From the NCBI GenBank assembly GCA_964016885.1, contig OZ024747.1, positions 76,198,001 through 76,262,000 of the forward strand: a DNA stretch of 64,000 nt. The letters run 5' to 3'. How positions within the stretch are numbered: the first letter of the stretch is position 1; each line of letters begins with the position of its first letter. Shown here piece after piece: positions 56,930-64,000 of this stretch. The position numbers and the translations under genes are program-made. The notes under the pieces were generated by a model. The model searched no databases, was not told the origin of the DNA, and was given only the letters and a program-made list of their open reading frames with translations. Source of the DNA: Eledone cirrhosa. Its lineage: Eukaryota.

Positions 56930-58249
56930 TAACATTATTCTAGAATTTAATTTAATTTAAATGTTAGTTAACCTATAAATTTAATTTAATTAATTTTTTA
57001 TTACAGATGAGAAAATATTATGTAATCATAAATTTTGAAAAACCTTTAAATATTACTAATATATACTCAGTAATTTAATTTATAGATTAATTTTAATTTA
57101 TTTTAACCTTTTATTATAATTTTTTTTATTATAATTCTTTTACAGATAAAATATAACAAAATAATATCATGTATCCTATGACGGAGAAAGAATTTTTAGT
57201 ATTATAGACCTAATTAATATACATTTTGGAAATATATTTATTATTTGGTTTTAGTTTTAATCAACCTAAAACTTTAATTTTAATTTGCTTAAAATTAGTA
57301 TCCTTGTACAGACGAATTGCAGAATGTCATGTAATCATAGAATGGGATGTGTTTTGGATATATACCTAGTTAATATATTCTGTGCAATTTTTTGAAAAAG
57401 ATATGTATATCTATATGTATATGTATATGTGTGTATTGTATGTGTATCTGTATGTATATTTATGTGACTATATATATATATATATGTGTATATATGTGTA
57501 TATATATATATATATATGTGTGTATATGTATATATATGTGTATGTGTATGTATATGTATATGTATGCGTATTAATTTTGATTTTTATTTGCATATAATTA
57601 TATTATGCTATTGATGAAATACAATATCTGCTTTATGTATTGTATACCTAATTAACATATACTAATTAACGTATACTATTGAAATAAATATATAATTTTT
57701 AATTTAGTTAACATATAATTTATATGCTACTACCGATGTAATACTTTATTTTATTTTTATTTGGTTCTCTTTTCCCTATTACTAAATTCATCTCCTAATA
57801 TTGATACCATAACGTTATTAACTTTGATTTAGTTATAATGTAATTAATAATCTACTACTGTTTGACTTCATAATTCTGCTTCAAATATTATAAACCTAAC
57901 TAATTTACACCTTGTAAATCAATATGTTGACTATCTTTGGTTTAGTTAACATATGATTAATGGTATACTTTTTTATTTTGGGATGCATAGATTTCGTATT
58001 TCCTAGCATTGAAAATATGTAAGAACATACATTGAATTAAGATACGGAAAATATTATATGTTTCTTGAAACATATATTTACTTTGATCCCCTTCTCCAAA
58101 CCCCCCCTTTCCCCCATACTATTATCATCTGTTTTTGTAAGCGTATATGTATGAATATATGTGTAGGTGGGTGTCTATATAGGTTTTGGTATTTATTTCT
58201 AAATATAAAAATACATATATGAGCATGTAAATATGAATGTAAGATTGAG

Positions 58250-58877
58250 TGTGTATATATGATTGTACATACATATGTATGTATATATATGTATATATAT
58301 GTATTATATATGTATGTGTATGTGAATGTGTGGTATGTATATGTGTATGTATATGTATATATGTGTATGTGTATGCTTGTATATAGGAATATATATATGT
58401 GTATATATGTATGTATATGTATATGCGTGTTTGTATGTATGTGTATATGGGTTCTGTATATATTTGTATGTCTCTCTATTTATATGTTTATCTTCGTATC
58501 TATGTGATATATGTGTGTGTGTGTGCACGTATGCATATGTATGTGTTTGTGTGTGTTTGTATGTGTGTGTGTGTATATATATATATATGTATTTGCGCAC
58601 ACTCACATACACATATATATATATATATATGTGAGTGTGTATGTGTGTCTGTGTGTGTGTGTGTGTGTGTATGTGTATATATATATGTATATATATATAT
58701 ATATATATGTATGTGTATATATATAGATGTATATATATATGTATATGTATATATGTGTATATGGGTGTCTATGTGTGAATATATGTCTTTATTCGTATGT
58801 GTGTATTTATGTATGTATATATTTGGGTGTATGTATGTGTATGTATGTATGTGTATATATATATATGTATGTGTATA

Positions 58878-58920
<43 letters not shown>

Positions 58921-59277
58921 CTTTATTATTATTGTAATATAACTTATGTGTATATGTGTATAAGTGAGGTTGTGTATGTATATATACTGTGTGTATATAT
59001 AAGAGTAATGAAGTGTATATATATATATATATATATATGTGCATGTCTGTTTTTTATGTGTGTGTATATATATATATATGTATGTGTATATATGTGTATA
59101 TATATATATATATATGTGTATGTGTGTGTATGTGGATATATGTATATATATATATATATATACATGTGGGTGTTTGTATGTGTATTTATGGTGGTATGAG
59201 TGTGGTGATATATATGTTTGTATATATATTATATGTATGTATATATATATATATATGAGTCTATGTGTGTGTGTATA

Positions 59278-59316
<39 letters not shown>

Positions 59317-59500
59317 ATGTGTGTACGTGTTGCGCGTGAGTGTGTGTGTATTTATATCTTTTTATATGTGTATGTATATGTTCGTGTAAATGTATGTGTG
59401 TGTATGACAGTATAGGTATGTGTGTATGTATGTATGTGTAGATATCTCTATGTGCGCGTACATGTATGTAAGTGTATGTATATCTGTATGTGTATGTACA
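58250..59500. repeat. Degenerate (TA)/(TG) microsatellite inside the PLE2 3' UTR
   Basis: The part from ~58680 is copied nearly exactly, in inverted form, at 54480-55300. Confidence 0.9.
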
Positions 59501-60085
59501 TTATAATATATTTATTATATTTTATTGTTTTTATTTTTTTATTTTTCTTAATTTATAGATACATTTATATTAGGCTGTCTGGTCTGACAATCTAATACTG
59601 ACCCCCCCCCCCCCTCCCACCTAATTTCTGTATCTTGATCTTGAAATGTGTGTACCAGTGTTTTTATGTGAGTGACTTAATTTCTATTTGCTTATGATTT
59701 TATATCCACATATATAAATGTGAGTGGGGGAGTGTGTGTGTTTGTATGTTCGTGGTTATGTGTATATTTATGCATATACGCACATGTATGTGTGATTATA
59801 CTGATATGTGTGAGTATGAAAAAAATATATTTATATGCTTGACTCCATAAGTATCATTGCGTATCTTATCAGCGCATTAAGCTTACAGAGATATTAACCT
59901 TGAAATTTTGTGTTTGCACCCATCTTTTTAGTATGCACATACAAATTATACACACATTATTGTAAAATATGTGTAAGGTTTTTACATGTATATACACACA
60001 CCAAACTGCTTTTAACCCTTTGTGTTTTCATTGGTCAATTTTGAACTGATATTTTGAATTGTTGTTATTATCAATAAATATACTT

Positions 60086-60236
60086 CATTATTTCTGAAGA
60101 CGGCGTATATATGAGTTAGGTATGTATATTTAATCTTGATAATTTGTATAATTTTGTATAATTTTGTACATAGATCTGTTAAATATGCATACTAATTATA
60201 ACACATATATACCCTAGAAACGATCGTTAAATAGTG
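60086..60236 (+). ncRNA. Hammerhead motif with ~116-nt stem II region (mirror 53746-53896, - strand)
   Basis: cattattt-CTGAAGA-cgg c gtatatatg...catatatac cct a-GAAA-CGATCG-TT-aaatagtg; 8-bp stem I. Confidence 0.75.
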
Positions 60237-60283
60237 AACTTTTTTTGTTTAATATAAGGAATTGTTTGTTCATTATTTGTTTA

Positions 60284-60344
<61 letters not shown>

Positions 60345-61093
60345 TTCTATCTATCTATATATCTATATATATATAGAGAGAGAGAGATATATATATATAT
60401 ATAGATAGATAGATAGATAGATACATATATAGACATGTACATATATGTATACACACATACACAGTTGGGTCTTGAATAATCTTCGTCAACCCCAACAACA
60501 ACGACGACAACGACAACAGTAATTATGACTCACATACATACATACATACTTAAATACATGGATACATACATATATACATACATGGATACATACATATATA
60601 CATATATATTCTATGGATACCGGAGGCATGAATATAGAGAAAGGAAATGAAATAGAATTTGCTGTTATATTGCTTCTACTTCTACTATACCATTGTGTGT
60701 TATTGCTATATATAGAATACCATCAGTATCATTCTAGAAAGAGTTATTAAATGAAGGTATTTCATATCTGAAAAGATGCTTGCGAATGATATATAAGCCG
60801 TGTGGTTATCGGACAATAAGCTCAATATTTTTCTCCTCAATGTAAATCAAATACTGGATTTATATTTATATATTCCTTAGTTTAGGCATGTGTAAATAAT
60901 TAACAAGGTATATTGAGACAACGTTCTGTGTATCATCTAATACCATAGCCTCTGACATTTAGTCTGTTTTGTCCTATCGACATCACCTCCACACAGAGTA
61001 GCTTGTATATTAATTCTGATGTCGGTGTTCTCCATATTTCGATTACTATTTCACATAACATCATTTCTATTCGCTTTCACATAACACATACAC

Positions 61094-61158
<65 letters not shown>

Positions 61159-61249
61159 TTATACGCATAGAGCTTAACTAGCTACCGTCGCATATTTGGT
61201 AGGTCAGGCGTGATCATCGCGATTCACATACGACCTACCATACATCTTG

Positions 61250-61302
<53 letters not shown>

Positions 61303-61322
61303 ATATATATATATACATAGAT

Positions 61323-61424
61323 CACCGAGGTTAACTTTGCCTTTCATCCTTACGGGGTCGATAAAATAAAGTACCAGTAATGCACTGGATAATTGCTGGC
61401 CTTGTGCCAAATGTAGAAACAATT
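61323..61424 (+). mobile_element. SINE family 1, 3' half
   Basis: Core and tail present. Confidence 0.82.
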
Positions 61425-61441
61425 ATATATATATATGTGTG

Positions 61442-61521
<80 letters not shown>

Positions 61522-61569
61522 TACATATATATATACATATATATACACACATATATATATATATGTATG

Positions 61570-61600
<31 letters not shown>

Positions 61601-61826
61601 GGGGGGGGGGGTTAAACATCATAGATACGCACACACAGATAGGTACATATATACATTTACATATTTATAGTCTCGAAAACATAGTTGTACATATGTATGT
61701 GTGTATAGTATGTAAGTATTTCTATGCGTTTTATATCTGCTATGTGGACGAGTGAACCTGTAATTCTAGTCTATATTTGTACTTATATCTATATCTGAGA
61801 ATCTATCTATCAACCTATCTTTGTTC

Positions 61827-61924
<98 letters not shown>

Positions 61925-63162
61925 ATATATACATATATGTGCTTGTGTGTCTGTGTGTATGTGTTTATGGGTGTGTGAACATATGTGCATATGTTTATTT
62001 AATGTTTGTTAATGCATCGTATGAAAAGTTCGTTAGAAACAGTGGCAAGCTAGATTCATTCATCCATACTCCTCACTGTTACATTGAACAATGGTAGATG
62101 AAAAATTATATATATTCGGACTGAATACGGTGAGGTCGACTGGCTCTTTTGTTATCAAATGGAACAATAAAAAGATTGAAAACAAAACGAGAGAGAAATA
62201 CTTTTAATCTACTAAATACGGAAATATATAATGCAGACTACAAAGAAATTAAAAAAAATAAAGAATATAAAATGAGAAAAATCTGCAGACAGAAGCCATT
62301 TCATGAATTCATTTGTTTTCTATAGAATATCGGCTTATGCTAATATATGAGTTTTCTTTGAGTTAGGTCTACCATTCAATTAATTAGAAGAATTTCTGGT
62401 TTTGGACAATTAATTCAGACTCTTTGATACAGGTTTTGTAAATGAAATATTACATCCAGTCGGAGAAACAAATCTATCTGACATCGGTAGCTTAAGAAGA
62501 ATAACGTTAAAAAGAACAAGAATTTAACGTAGCATCATTAAGCTGAGTAAAATCTAGAATAAAGGAACATATTTTACAACAGACTGTTAATGGTTATATG
62601 CAAATATCCTTTACCTTATGTAGAAATATCAAATAACTGACGTTTCTTTCCAGAAGCAAAGACAATATCTGCTTCTAACGATCATTTAAATCAACACACT
62701 AGTTTAAGTCAACCCATGATTGAAATTTATTTCAAGCCCAATAATAAGGCTTACGTATATTGTATCAACAATATATGTTAAGTATTTACGACTTTATGTA
62801 TTCAATCGTTAGTGAATGTTAAATATCATACATACAGCACTTTATAGTTTTGATGATGAGATAATTTTAGTCTGGTTCGATCATTAGATAGAAAAACTGA
62901 AAATATTGCAATATTGATTATTATATATGATCAATGAATAAAATAGATTCAGCATTTATAACCAGCAATAATGAAACACTACATTTTAATTTAAATCAAT
63001 ATACTAACAATTTCACATATTGATTCGTTTAGTAGATTTTACTAGTATTTAGTAGATCTTACTTAGATTCATTTAGTTCATATTTTGGTTGAATATTTTA
63101 TAATTTAGTGGCACGTGGAACTTATATGGAAGTAAGGAAAATCTTGACGCCCCAATGTATAT

Positions 63163-63430
63163 AGGCGGCGAATTGGCAGAGTCGTTAAGACGTCGGATAG
63201 AATGATTTACGGGTTTCGTCCCACCTCTTTGCGCGCTCTGAGTTCAAATGCCGCCGAGGCCAACTTTGCCTTTCATTCTTTCGAGGTTGATAAAAAATGT
63301 ATCAGCCCAGTACTGGATTGATTCTTCCTCTATAGAAAATATCGTCTGTGTTCAGACATGGAGAGGGTTGGGCTCCACCAGGTTTAAAAGTGCCCTAGAC
63401 CTGCCATACGATGGTGCCACTATGACTCCA
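63163..63430 (+). mobile_element. SINE family 1, long-tail subfamily
   Basis: ggcggcgaattggcagagtcg head, gagttcaaat B-box, core and extra tail. Confidence 0.75.
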
Positions 63431-63532
63431 AAAGGAGTTATGGGATCTTTATCCTTTATCCTTTATTTATTTCAGGAATATAGTACAAATAATTCGAATC
63501 AACCAGTTGCCTGCAATGTGTCAGTACTAGTA

Positions 63533-64000
63533 ATAATTGTTTCTACTTTAGGCACAAGGCCAGCAATTACCCAGTACATTACTAGTAATAATTGTTTCTA
63601 CATTTGGCACAAGGCCAGCAATTAACCAGTGTATTACTGGTACTTTATTTTATCGACCCCGTAAGGATGAAAGGCAAAGTTAACCTCGGCGGGATTTGAA
63701 CTCAGAATGGCAAGGGCCGTAACTCTATACGTCAAAGCATGGCGTCCAACCCTCTACCGATACTGAAGCTTGGTGGACGGGAAAGTCGAATAAATCGACC
63801 CCAGTACGTTACTGGTTCATTATGTTATCAACCGTGTAAGGATGAAAGGCGAAGCTAACCTCAGCATTGACTTTATAAATTGCCGGCCTTGTGCCTGTAT
63901 TAGAAACCATTATTATTTAAGTCTTCAAAGGTTAACTTTGCCTTTCATCCTTACGGGGTCGATAAAATAAAGTACCAGTAATGTGCTGGTTAATTGTTGG
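63533..64000. mobile_element. Cluster of SINE family 1 copies and fragments in both orientations
   Basis: 63533-63765 (-, duplicated tail), 63780-63865 (-), 63878-63915 (+), 63928-64000 (+, runs off the window). Confidence 0.82.

Larger units (their letters stand above)
53556..60292 (+). mobile_element. 5'-truncated PLE (PLE2) with ~1.6-kb inverted pLTR and ~3.3-kb 3' UTR
   Basis: 53690-55300 is inverted to 58680-60292. (TA)n on both ends; RT/GIY-YIG ORF inside. Confidence 0.9.

Overview
AT-rich, microsatellite-saturated eukaryotic DNA, probably intergenic or intronic. The SINE content suggests a cephalopod such as Octopus (inference). No host protein-coding gene could be supported. The real ORFs belong to retroelements: one apparently intact Penelope-like element (PLE; RT + C-terminal GIY-YIG, 30939-33398), three other 5'-truncated PLE families, three stacked R4/Dong-type RLE non-LTR elements in (TAA)n, and old RTE, CRE-like and hAT remnants. 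The main hidden structure is about 20 type I hammerhead ribozyme (HHR) motifs from about 11 sequence families, found by manual folding. Nearly all lie in fold-back (inverted) or partial-tandem repeats anchored in (TA)n tracts. One family is a non-coding ~516-530 nt monomer present as partial tandems with covarying HHR stems, a candidate retrozyme/circular-RNA parasite of the PLEs. Most short ORFs in the track are microsatellite artefacts. All structures were read by eye, with no computation, so coordinates may be off by a few bases.
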